A DNA stretch of 44,658 nucleotides, taken from assembly GCA_030066135.1 (NCBI GenBank), contig JASJCD010000001.1, positions 1 through 44,658 of the forward strand. Direction: 5' to 3'. The translations under genes were made by a program, and so were the position numbers. The notes under the pieces were generated by a model. That model had not been told where the DNA came from. It did no database searches and saw nothing but the letters and a program-made list of their open reading frames with translations. Shown here one piece after another: positions 21,625 to 30,266 of the stretch (position 1 is its first letter; each line of letters starts with the position of its first letter). The stretch is from Desulfobacterales bacterium. GTDB taxonomy: Bacteria; Desulfobacterota; Desulfobacteria; Desulfobacterales; UBA5852.

Positions 21625-23043
21625 GTGAACATCATCGGACTGGAAATACACGACACCGGCATCCTGTGTGCCGGCCCCGAAGGCCGGCTGCACCCCACGG
21701 ACGCGGAGGCCCTGGAGAGTCCGGGATTCGCCCTCGTGCACGGCCAGAATCTACAGCTCGGCATGTCCGCGCTGCACCAGGCCCGGCGGCGTCCCCGGCA
21801 GGTCATTTGCCGTTTCTGGGAAGAGCTCAACACCCAGCCGCTACTGAGCCCGGAGTTCGAGGGCTACAATCATGCCGAGCTGGCATACCGGCACCTGGAA
21901 CAGGTATGGCGCCAGGTTAGCGCCGATGCCGCGGAGGTGGTGCTCACCGTTCCCGACCACTACGAGGACCGTGAACTGGGCCTGCTGCTGGGCATTGCCT
22001 CCGTCCTGGGCCTGCCGATCCGCGGACTGATCTCCCAGGCGCTGGCCTGTACCCCTCCCGAAACCGATCAGGGCACCGACTTCCACGTTGATCTTCATCT
22101 CCACCGTCTGGTGCTTACGGCCGTCGATGGCCGCCCCCGCCCGGAAGTGGTCCGGCATGAAACCATCATCGATCAGGGCCGGGAGGCCGTCCACCGCGAG
22201 TGGGTCAAAATGCTGGCCGATGCCTTCGTGCACCAGACCCGGTTTGATCCGCTCTATGCGGCCGATGCCGAACAGGATCTGCACGACCGCCTGCCGCAAA
22301 TCGCCGATGCGCGGCAGCAGGACCCGATCCATGTCGAAATGCAGGCCGACGGTCGGACCCATCGCATCCAGCTCGATCAGCAGGCCTTTATGGCCCCTTT
22401 GGCCCCCTGGATTGAAAATCTCGGGCACACCATCGGCGACTGGCAGAGAGCGCTTTCCGTGTCGCCGGATGATTCCCGTCTCGTGCTGACCCATCGGGTG
22501 GCCGCGCTGCCGGGGTTCGTGGACACCCTGGAGAATGTTACCGGTTTGAAAGCCCGTCGGCTGTCTGCGGGTGCGGCCGCCGCCAACGCCCTGGCCTACG
22601 CCCAACTATTCTCCAAAGGCAGTACAGCACACGGGGTACCCTACCTGAAGCGCGTTCCCAGGGCGCCGGCGGACACGGCCGCGGTGCGCGCCGCGGCCCC
22701 GGCGGAAGACGAACCTGACCTGCCCACCCACCTGCTCTACCGCGGCCGGGCCTACCCCATCGTGGACGAGCCCCTGGTGGTGGGTCGTGAGCTGCCGGCC
22801 GGTACACGCGGTATTCTTATCCAAGGCCGGCTGGCAGGTGTTTCACGGCATCATTTTTCGGTAATCCGCGAGGATCAGCAGGTCCTGCTGATCGACTCCA
22901 GCAGCTATGGCACCCTCGTGGATGAAGTGCCGGTGATGGACCGCCGCGCCCTGATGGTGGGTCAAATCATACGCATCGGAAAACCGGGGGAAACCCTGCA
23001 GGCCATTGCCTGCCTGTCGCACCATGAAACGACGATCCCTTAA
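21625..23043 (+). CDS. Degenerate Hsp70/actin-fold protein with C-terminal FHA domain
   Basis: IIGLEIHDTG, VVLTVPDHY, GLPIRGLISQALA and HVDLHLH parallel the DnaK motifs. FHA motifs are VVGRE, GVSRHH and SSYGT. Confidence 0.7.
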   Translation: MNIIGLEIHDTGILCAGPEGRLHPTDAEALESPGFALVHGQNLQLGMSALHQARRRPRQVICRFWEELNTQPLLSPEFEGYNHAELAYRHLEQVWRQVSADAAEVVLTVPDHYEDRELGLLLGIASVLGLPIRGLISQALACTPPETDQGTDFHVDLHLHRLVLTAVDGRPRPEVVRHETIIDQGREAVHREWVKMLADAFVHQTRFDPLYAADAEQDLHDRLPQIADARQQDPIHVEMQADGRTHRIQLDQQAFMAPLAPWIENLGHTIGDWQRALSVSPDDSRLVLTHRVAALPGFVDTLENVTGLKARRLSAGAAAANALAYAQLFSKGSTAHGVPYLKRVPRAPADTAAVRAAAPAEDEPDLPTHLLYRGRAYPIVDEPLVVGRELPAGTRGILIQGRLAGVSRHHFSVIREDQQVLLIDSSSYGTLVDEVPVMDRRALMVGQIIRIGKPGETLQAIACLSHHETTIP

Positions 23044-24115
23044 TGTATTCAGCCTGTCTTTCATCGACTGCATCTGTTGCGGTCTGGGGGCTGTTATCCT
23101 GCTCTTCGTCATCGTCAATGCCAAAAGCGCCGTACAGCGCGAAAAAGTGACCCGGGATGTCCACAGCGAGGCCACGCGCATTGAACGCGAAGTCCTGGAG
23201 GGCCGCAAGCGGCTGGTGGAGTTGAGGAACGCACTCGAGAAAACCGAGGCGGATATTGCGCGCACGCAAGGGGCCAGCCGCCGTATTCTCAAGCGCCTGG
23301 AAGAACGCCGCACCGAGATCGCGCACTACGACAAGGAGAACCTGGCGGAGAAAGCCCACCTCAACAAACTCAAAGCCGACGTCCGCTCCCTGGAGGAAGA
23401 AGTCAAACGACTCAAGGCCGGCAGTCAGGCCGAAGACGACCGGGGCGACACCATTCGCACTTTTGCCGGCGAGGGCGACCGTCAGTACCTGACCGATCTC
23501 AAGGTGGGCGGCCGCCGTATCTTCATCCTCGTCGACACCTCGGCCAGCATGCTCGACGACACCATCGTCGGCATCATCCGCCGGCGCAACATGCCCGCGG
23601 CGGAAAAAATCAGATCGCCCAAGTGGCGCCAGGCCGCTGCCACAGTAGACTGGATTACGGCCCAGTTGCCGGCCGAGAGCAAGTACCAGATCTACACCTT
23701 CAATGAGAGTGCCCAGCCGCTTGTGCCCGGTACCCGCAACCAGTGGCTGCCGGCCGCCGAGAGCAAGCGCCTGGACGAAGCGGTGAAACGACTCTATGAG
23801 ACCGCCCCGGAGAAGAGCACCAGTCTGGCCAACGCCTTCGACGCCCTCAATCGCCTGACGCCGCCGCCGGACAATATCTTTCTGCTGACCGACGGGCTCC
23901 CCACCATGGGGGCCGGCAAACCCTGGCGCCGCAAGGTCTCCAGCAAAAAGCGCCTGAGCCTGTTCAACGATGCCGTCGAAAAGCTGCCGGCCAAGGTGCC
24001 GGTCAACGTCATCCAGTTCCCCCTGCGGGGGGACCCCATGGCCGCCAGCGCTTTCTGGCGGCTGGCCACCCGCACCCGGGGCAGCTATTTCTGCCCGGCG
24101 GCGGACTGGCCCTGA
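23024..24115 (+). CDS. Single-TM coiled-coil VWA-domain protein (ExbD/MotB-like N-terminus)
   Basis: MKRRSLNVFSLSFIDCICCGLGAVILLFVI, coiled coil, MIDAS DTSAS...LLTDG. Start at ATG 23024. Confidence 0.85.
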   Translation: MKRRSLNVFSLSFIDCICCGLGAVILLFVIVNAKSAVQREKVTRDVHSEATRIEREVLEGRKRLVELRNALEKTEADIARTQGASRRILKRLEERRTEIAHYDKENLAEKAHLNKLKADVRSLEEEVKRLKAGSQAEDDRGDTIRTFAGEGDRQYLTDLKVGGRRIFILVDTSASMLDDTIVGIIRRRNMPAAEKIRSPKWRQAAATVDWITAQLPAESKYQIYTFNESAQPLVPGTRNQWLPAAESKRLDEAVKRLYETAPEKSTSLANAFDALNRLTPPPDNIFLLTDGLPTMGAGKPWRRKVSSKKRLSLFNDAVEKLPAKVPVNVIQFPLRGDPMAASAFWRLATRTRGSYFCPAADWP

Positions 24116-24130
24116 AGGGGGCGAAAGCCC

Positions 24131-25159
24131 ATGGCCCGCGAACGACGCCAAATCGAAATTTTCAGCCTGTCCTTTCTGGACTGCATCTGCTGCGCCTTCG
24201 GGGCTATCATTCTTTTGTTTGTCCTGTCCAAATTTTCCGAACCGACGGTCATCGAAAAGGTGCGCACGGACCTGCGGGCCGACATCATCCGGATGGAAGA
24301 AGAACGCCATGAAATCAGAGGGCAGACCGTGCTCCTCGACCGGGAGCTCACCGCCAAACGTGTGGTGCAGTCCCAATCGCGTCAGAAACTGGCCCGCCTT
24401 CAGGGTGACCTCACCGCCATCGAGGGTGAATTCGCCGCTTCACGTGACGATGCCGAGGTCCAGAACATCATCGAGGGTCGCATGGCCCGCGCCCTGCAGG
24501 AGCTCACGGAAGAAATGAAAAAACTCTCCCTGGCGCCGCGCAAAAGGATCGACCGCCGTGTGGGCGGCATCCCCGTGGACAGCGAATACATCATCTTCAT
24601 CATCGACACCTCGGGCAGCATGCAGCGCGCCGCCTGGGTGACGGTCCAGAACAAAATCCGCGAGACCCTCGACATCTACCCCAAGGTCAAGGGGATTCAG
24701 GTCATGAACGATATGGGCGAATACATGTTTCCCCATTACCGGGGAAGATGGATCCCCGACACGTCGCGGTTCCGCAACCGGATCGTCGATACCCTGCGGA
24801 CCTGGTTTCCCTTCAGCAACAGCAGCCCCGTGGAAGGCATCACCGAAGCCATACGAACCTATTACGATCCCGACCTTCGCATCAGCCTCTATGTTTTCGG
24901 GGATGAGTACAGCGGCAAAAACATGCAGGGGGCCATCGAGGCGGTGGACCGGATCAACCGCGCGGACAAACAAGGCCGTCGTCGGGTGCGTATCCACGCG
25001 GTGGGGTTCCCCACCGTACTGGACGATCCGCGGGGCATCACCGGCGTGCGCTTCGCCACCCTGATGCGCGCCCTGTGCGAACGCAACGGCGGCGCCTACG
25101 TGGGCCTGAATCAATCCCACGGGTTGGGCACCGGGCGCGGCATCCGCATTCGTTTCTGA
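24131..25159 (+). CDS. Single-TM coiled-coil VWA-domain protein (paralog of the previous gene)
   Basis: FSLSFLDCICCAFGAIILLFVL, coiled coil, MIDAS DTSGS...VFGDE. Confidence 0.85.
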   Translation: MARERRQIEIFSLSFLDCICCAFGAIILLFVLSKFSEPTVIEKVRTDLRADIIRMEEERHEIRGQTVLLDRELTAKRVVQSQSRQKLARLQGDLTAIEGEFAASRDDAEVQNIIEGRMARALQELTEEMKKLSLAPRKRIDRRVGGIPVDSEYIIFIIDTSGSMQRAAWVTVQNKIRETLDIYPKVKGIQVMNDMGEYMFPHYRGRWIPDTSRFRNRIVDTLRTWFPFSNSSPVEGITEAIRTYYDPDLRISLYVFGDEYSGKNMQGAIEAVDRINRADKQGRRRVRIHAVGFPTVLDDPRGITGVRFATLMRALCERNGGAYVGLNQSHGLGTGRGIRIRF

Positions 25160-25254
25160 GGTTCGGGGGTTCTGGGTTCTGAGGTTCTAGGTTTTGAGAT
25201 ATCTCGATGCTATCCGGTCAACCCTGAACTGAGAACCCAGAACCCTGAACCCTG
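25160..25254. repeat. Inverted arrays of 7-bp tandem repeats at a convergent junction
   Basis: Left arm has GGGTTCT-like units (25160-25198); right arm has five AACCCTG-like units (25220-25254). Confidence 0.8.
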
Positions 25255-25257
25255 ATT

Positions 25258-25914
25258 TCACCCGATCAGACCGGTGGTATACGCGATCTGAAACTGTCCC
25301 AGGTAGTAGAGCGGCAGCCCGATAAGACGGTTGTAGAAGGTTTGATGCACAAACCGCTGACGGGCCACGAACAGGTCGGAAATGTAAAATGCCAGGGCCC
25401 CGTTGAGCACCAGCAGGCGGCCCGTAAAGGATAAGCCGGATACGCCGAACAGGGCCCCGGCCGCGATCACCATCAGGGTGATGACCACCACATACCCCAT
25501 GACGGCGTGCCGCATGCCGTCCAGAAACGGCAGCAGACGCGCGTAGACAAAGGTACTCGCCGGAATGGTCAGGACGGCCGTGATCCACATGGCCTTTCCG
25601 GGTGGAGCCAGCATCATGAAGGCCGCGATATACCCGACATGCCCCAGGAGAAAAGCGACCAACCCGACACGAAAAGCCACCTGACCCGGGACCGCCAAGC
25701 AGACATCCCCCACCAGGCACAGCGTGAGCCCGATCGTCACAGCGCCCGCATAGGCCGGGTGTTTGGCCGTCTGGATTGCGGCCAGAAGGATAAAAAGGGA
25801 GGAAAGTAGAAACTTGAAGACAATCTTGTACCCCGTCCGGCCGTTTTTTTCGCTTGTGAGCAGCGCGGCCAGAAGCAGGGGGGCCATGAGAAAAATGATG
25901 GTGTTCGGCGTCAT
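25258..25914 (-). CDS. YhhN/lysoplasmalogenase family membrane protein
   Basis: LCLVGDVCL, GLVAFLLGHVGY, GALAFYISD and LYYLGQF motifs. Confidence 0.88.
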   Translation of the reverse strand: MTPNTIIFLMAPLLLAALLTSEKNGRTGYKIVFKFLLSSLFILLAAIQTAKHPAYAGAVTIGLTLCLVGDVCLAVPGQVAFRVGLVAFLLGHVGYIAAFMMLAPPGKAMWITAVLTIPASTFVYARLLPFLDGMRHAVMGYVVVITLMVIAAGALFGVSGLSFTGRLLVLNGALAFYISDLFVARQRFVHQTFYNRLIGLPLYYLGQFQIAYTTGLIG

Positions 25915-26067
25915 GCCGTCTCCTGCGGAAACCCCGGGCAGTGCTGCGAATTAAGGGCGATGATCCCGAGCAACGCCCAAAGCTGTCGCAGTGCCGGCGG
26001 CGAAACGGGCAGGGGGTCTCTTGATCGCTGCAGTTGCCAGCGGATGGGTGCTCGTCCGCCCGGTGGT

Positions 26068-26820
26068 TTACGCCCCCGGGCGTATTCCGGATTCTATCTT
26101 CTGACGCGCAAGCGCGGCCAGGTCATCGATATTCGCGCGCCGGTAGCCCTGGATGTCGATGGGCGCATGGATCGTCATGGTTGCCCGCCCGGGAAATAAG
26201 TCCAGTGTATCCGAGGGGAGGATCTGGCGCGTCCCCTCAATGGTTACCGGCAGCAAGGGCAGCTGCAGATCGAGCGCGAAATGGAAGGCACCTTTTTTGA
26301 AGGACTTCAACTGACCGTTGCGGCTGCGGGTGCCTTCCGGAAAGAAGAGAACGGAAGTCCCGTCGGTTACCCGGGTCTTGGCGGCTTCGATCGAGGCCAG
26401 GGCCGCTTCGCGTCGGGATCGATCCACGTAGATATGCCCCAGTTTGTCACAGGCGATACCGATCACGGGGATGTTGCGCAGCTCCTGTTTCATCACCCAC
26501 TTGAAATCGATGTTGAGCCAGCCGTAGAGGACAAAGATATCGTATTGGCTCTGGTGATTGCACACAATCACGTATGACTGCGTGGGATCGATATGGTGTC
26601 GCCCCTGCACGCTGACGAGCATTGGGGTGACCCAGCTGTTGATGCGGGCCCAGCTTTGCGCAAAAATTCTGGACAGGGTGGACGGCCGTACAAACCATAC
26701 CAGGGCCACGATCGACATTCCGCAGACGAAAGTCGTTACACCCAGCATGGGAATCACCACGAACCACTTGTAGAAGCTGTAAAGCCGTCGAAGCACACTT
26801 TGCAATGGATGCGCCCTCAT
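26068..26820 (-). CDS. plsC: 1-acyl-sn-glycerol-3-phosphate acyltransferase
   Basis: NHQSQYD (HX4D), FPEGTRS and FKKGAF motifs. Confidence 0.9.
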   Translation of the reverse strand: MRAHPLQSVLRRLYSFYKWFVVIPMLGVTTFVCGMSIVALVWFVRPSTLSRIFAQSWARINSWVTPMLVSVQGRHHIDPTQSYVIVCNHQSQYDIFVLYGWLNIDFKWVMKQELRNIPVIGIACDKLGHIYVDRSRREAALASIEAAKTRVTDGTSVLFFPEGTRSRNGQLKSFKKGAFHFALDLQLPLLPVTIEGTRQILPSDTLDLFPGRATMTIHAPIDIQGYRRANIDDLAALARQKIESGIRPGA

Positions 26821-26892
26821 CTTTTGGGATCAGCATTCAACCTGCACGATCGCTGGTTGCCGCATAGGGGATAAACGGCCGCCATTGGCCGG

Positions 26893-28203
26893 TCACAAAC
26901 GCCAATAGCGGATGTCCATCGCTTCGGCTTCAGCCGGGTCAAAAACCGCCTTGATGTCCAACAGCAGGCGATAGGCCGGGTTGAGCATTGGGGCCAATGC
27001 TTCCAAACCGCCCTCCAGGTAAGCATCGTGCCGAACGGCCAGGATGGCGGCATCCGCGTTGTGGATGTGTGCCCGGCTGACCAGCTGGATGTCATAATAG
27101 CGGCGCGCCTCTTCCGGGTCCGCCAGGGGATCGTGGACCAGAACATTCATACCGTAGTCTTGGAGCTCCTTGATGATGTCCACGATGCGGGTGTTGCGCA
27201 GGTCGGGAACGTTTTCCTTGAAGGTCAGGCCCAAAACCGCCACCGTGGCCCCGCGTACCTGCCGCTGCCCCTTGATCAGCAGCTTGACGGCTTTCTCGGC
27301 CACGTATTTGCCCATGCCGTCGTTGATGCGCCGCCCGGCGACGATCATGTCGGGGTGATAGCCGATCGACTCGGCTTTGAAGGTGAGGTAGTAGGGATCC
27401 ACCCCGATGCAGTGCCCCCCCACCAACCCGGGATGAAAGTTCAGAAAATTCCATTTGGTACCGGCCGCCGCCAGCACGTCGCGGGTGTCGATCCCCATGC
27501 GGTCGAAGATCATGGCCAACTCGTTCATCAGGGCGATATTCAGGTCGCGCTGGGTATTTTCGATGACCTTGGCCGCTTCGGCCACCCGTATGGAGGGTGC
27601 CTGATGGATACCGGCCGTGACCACCCGCCCATAGACCGCGGCCAACAGGCTGGTCGTCTCAGGGTCGGAGCCCGCTACGATCTTGACGATCTTGTCCAGT
27701 GTATGGACCTTGTCGCCGGGATTGATGCGCTCCGGGGAATAGCCCACGGCAAAGTCTTTTCCGAATGCCAGCTCAGACCGCGCTTCGATCAGGGGAACGC
27801 AGACCTCCTCCGTGGCCCCGGGGTAGACCGTGGATTCAAAAACCACGCAGCTGCCGCCGGCCATATTGGCGCCCACGGATTCGGAAGCCCCCTTTAGCGG
27901 CCCCAGATCCGGAATCCGCGATTCGTCGATCGGCGTCGGCACCGCCACGATGATGAGCCGGCATTCCCTCAGGACGGAGGCATCGGCGCTGAAGTTGATA
28001 TCCACGGTCTGCAGATCCTGGACGTCCACTTCGAGGGTGCGGTCCAGGCCGTCCTGCAATTCGGCCACCCGTTGTTCATTAAGATCAAAGCCCACCACTT
28101 CAAAATGGCGCGCCAGGTGAACGGCCAGCGGCAGGCCGACATAACCTAACCCGACTACGGCGATGCGGTCTTCGCGTGCATCCAGCGATTGAATCGTCAG
28201 CAT
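26893..28203 (-). CDS. Nucleotide-sugar dehydrogenase (UDP-GlcNAc/GalNAc 6-dehydrogenase, TviB/WbpO type)
   Basis: GLGYVG, ESTVYPG, YSPERINPGD, AKVIENTQRD, GLVGGHCIGVDP and GLTFKEN motifs. Start at ATG 28203. Confidence 0.93.
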   Translation of the reverse strand: MLTIQSLDAREDRIAVVGLGYVGLPLAVHLARHFEVVGFDLNEQRVAELQDGLDRTLEVDVQDLQTVDINFSADASVLRECRLIIVAVPTPIDESRIPDLGPLKGASESVGANMAGGSCVVFESTVYPGATEEVCVPLIEARSELAFGKDFAVGYSPERINPGDKVHTLDKIVKIVAGSDPETTSLLAAVYGRVVTAGIHQAPSIRVAEAAKVIENTQRDLNIALMNELAMIFDRMGIDTRDVLAAAGTKWNFLNFHPGLVGGHCIGVDPYYLTFKAESIGYHPDMIVAGRRINDGMGKYVAEKAVKLLIKGQRQVRGATVAVLGLTFKENVPDLRNTRIVDIIKELQDYGMNVLVHDPLADPEEARRYYDIQLVSRAHIHNADAAILAVRHDAYLEGGLEALAPMLNPAYRLLLDIKAVFDPAEAEAMDIRYWRL

Positions 28204-28348
28204 GGGATCGAGATTGTCCTTTTGGTGGTTATTGGGATTGGATGAGCAGCGGTCACCATGGCGATAGGAACCCAGGGCCGGCGCCACGCGTGCATTACGA
28301 CTGTATTTGAATAAAAACGCGCGGTAAAGTCAAGGTTGGATAAAAGGC

Positions 28349-28378
28349 TTGACAATCCACCGGTGATTACTTCATAAC
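28349..28378 (+). promoter_or_regulatory. Putative promoter of the TRAP operon leader
   Basis: Perfect TTGACA with a weak -10 (CATAAC at 18-nt spacing). A back-to-back TTGACT lies on the minus strand at 28328-28333. Confidence 0.35.
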
Positions 28379-28401
28379 AACCTTTATTAATTGAGGTTTT
28401 T

Positions 28402-28458
28402 ATGCCCAGACGTTTCCGGCGACATCTTCGCTGCTGCTCCTACGATTATGCCTATTAA
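28402..28458 (+). CDS. Putative leader peptide MPRRFRRHLRCCSYDYAY
   Basis: GAGG RBS upstream of ATG; 18 codons; Cys-Cys and three Tyr at the end; strong hairpin at 28460-28494 immediately after the stop. Confidence 0.5.
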   Translation: MPRRFRRHLRCCSYDYAY

Positions 28459-28640
28459 TGGCCTGCTGCTCATCTTGGCGCGAGCACGCAGGCCCTTACC
28501 GGTGAACGCCGCACCAGCGGCCCGTCTCTTACCCCATCAATACACACGACCCAAGCGCGTCATGCGGCTTGCCCCCAGACGAATCGGTTGTTAAAGCCGC
28601 TCGATTCTTCACCTCAAACCGGCAGAACCAAGGAGGCCCA

Positions 28641-29654
28641 ATGAAGAAACTGCATTCGATCGTTGCCCTGACGTTAATGGTGTTGATGCTGGCAGCCCTG
28701 GCACCGGCCAGTCACGCCGCCGCCCCGACCATCAAACTGACCTACAGCATCTTTTTCCCACCCTCCCACGGCCAATGCCAGGCAGCCGTCGCCTGGGCCG
28801 AGGCGATCGGGAAGCGCACCAACGGCCGGGTGCAGATCCAGGTCTTTCCGGCCGGCACCCTGACCAAGGCCAAGCAATGCTACGACGGCGTCGTCAACGG
28901 CATCTCCGATATCGGCATGTCGGTTTTTGCTTACACGCGCGGCCGTTTCCCGGTCATGGAAGCCCTGGACCTGCCCCTGGGCTACCCCAGCGGGCTGGTG
29001 GCCACCCGCGCGGCCAATGATTTTTATGCCAAGTTCCAGCCCAAGGAACTGGCCCAGGTCAAACTCCTGTATCTGCATGCTCACGGCCCCGGTCTGCTGC
29101 ACACCAAAAAGCCGGTCAAAGACATGGCCGGCCTGCAGGGCATGAAGATCCGCTCCACCGGTTTGAGTGCCAAGATCGTCGAGAAACTGGGCGGGGTGCC
29201 GGTGGCCATGCCCCAGCCGTCCACATACGAAGCCCTGCAGAAAGGCGTCGTCGAGGGCACCTTCGGGCCCATCGAGGTGCTCAAAGGCTGGAAGCAGGGT
29301 GAGGTGGTCAAATCCACCACCGACTGCCGCGGCGTGGGCTACACGACGGCCATGTTCGTGGTCATGAATCGCAGCAAATGGGAAAAGCTGCCCGCCGATG
29401 TTCAGAAGGTGTTCACCGAGACGAGTCAGGAATGGATCGACGTGCATGGCCGCACCTGGGACAAAAACGATGAAGAGGGCCGGGCCTTTACCCTGAGTCT
29501 CGGCAACCAGGTCATCCCCCTCTCGGATGGGGAGAGCGCCAAATGGAAGGGCGCCGTGCAGCCCATCATTGACAATTACGTCCAGTCGGCTAAAAGCAAG
29601 GGGCTTGCGGGGGACGACTACATCAAAACCCTGAATGAGTTGATCGCCCGCTGA
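28641..29654 (+). CDS. dctP: TRAP transporter substrate-binding protein
   Basis: AGGAGG RBS, signal peptide ending SHA-A, motifs GMKIRS and [11 protein letters not shown]. Confidence 0.93.
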   Translation: MKKLHSIVALTLMVLMLAALAPASHAAAPTIKLTYSIFFPPSHGQCQAAVAWAEAIGKRTNGRVQIQVFPAGTLTKAKQCYDGVVNGISDIGMSVFAYTRGRFPVMEALDLPLGYPSGLVATRAANDFYAKFQPKELAQVKLLYLHAHGPGLLHTKKPVKDMAGLQGMKIRSTGLSAKIVEKLGGVPVAMPQPSTYEALQKGVVEGTFGPIEVLKGWKQGEVVKSTTDCRGVGYTTAMFVVMNRSKWEKLPADVQKVFTETSQEWIDVHGRTWDKNDEEGRAFTLSLGNQVIPLSDGESAKWKGAVQPIIDNYVQSAKSKGLAGDDYIKTLNELIAR

Positions 29655-29685
29655 AGCAGCAATCAACCCGGCACCGGGAGGAAAA

Positions 29686-30174
29686 GTGATTCAGCGCCTC
29701 GAAAAATGGACCGCACGGGCCGCCGAAGTCTTCAACTGGGTTGCGGCGGCAGCCGTAACAGGCATGATGCTCCTGACCTGTATGGATATCGTGCTGCGCC
29801 TGTTCCGGCGGCCCATCCCCGGCACGTATGAAGTCGTGGGATTCCTGGGAGCGGTTTTCGCGGCCTTCTCACTGGGGTACACGTCTGTCAATCGCGGGCA
29901 TATTGCCGTTGATTTCATCGTCCAGAAATTGCCGGCCCGGGTTCAGACCGTCGTGGACGGCGTAAATGCCGCGGTCTGCGCGGTGCTCTTTGGTCTGCTG
30001 GCCCGCCAGAGCATGCGCTATGCCGCCGATTTGCGATCCTTCGGCGAAGTGTCGATGACCCTGCAGATGCCGGTCTATCCCTTTGTTTACGGTATCGCCG
30101 CGGGCTGCTGGCTGCTGGTGCTGGTGCTGGCTGTGCGGGTGTTGAAGAACCTGGCGGTCACCCTGAAACCTTAA
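29686..30174 (+). CDS. dctQ: TRAP transporter small permease
   Basis: DIVLR, GHIAVD, four TMs, located between dctP and dctM. Confidence 0.92.
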   Translation: MIQRLEKWTARAAEVFNWVAAAAVTGMMLLTCMDIVLRLFRRPIPGTYEVVGFLGAVFAAFSLGYTSVNRGHIAVDFIVQKLPARVQTVVDGVNAAVCAVLFGLLARQSMRYAADLRSFGEVSMTLQMPVYPFVYGIAAGCWLLVLVLAVRVLKNLAVTLKP

Positions 30175-30266
30175 ACCGCAAGCCGCGGATTCAATATCTG
30201 AATCCCGGCCGTTGAACCCGGCGCCATCCGATCGGGATGGCGCCTTTGTTGTGGAAAGAGATTCGC

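Noticed and set aside
22967-24376. 469-aa minus-strand ORF
   Set aside because: Antisense to the VWA genes.
20810-25159. Zorya, TonB-ExbBD, Tol-Pal or flagellar stator assignment
   Set aside because: No OmpA-domain ZorB/MotB, no long ZorA tail, and no ZorC/D/E, TonB, TolA/B/Pal or flagellar genes in the locus.
25160-25254. CRISPR array
   Set aside because: 7-bp tandem units without spacers and no cas genes.
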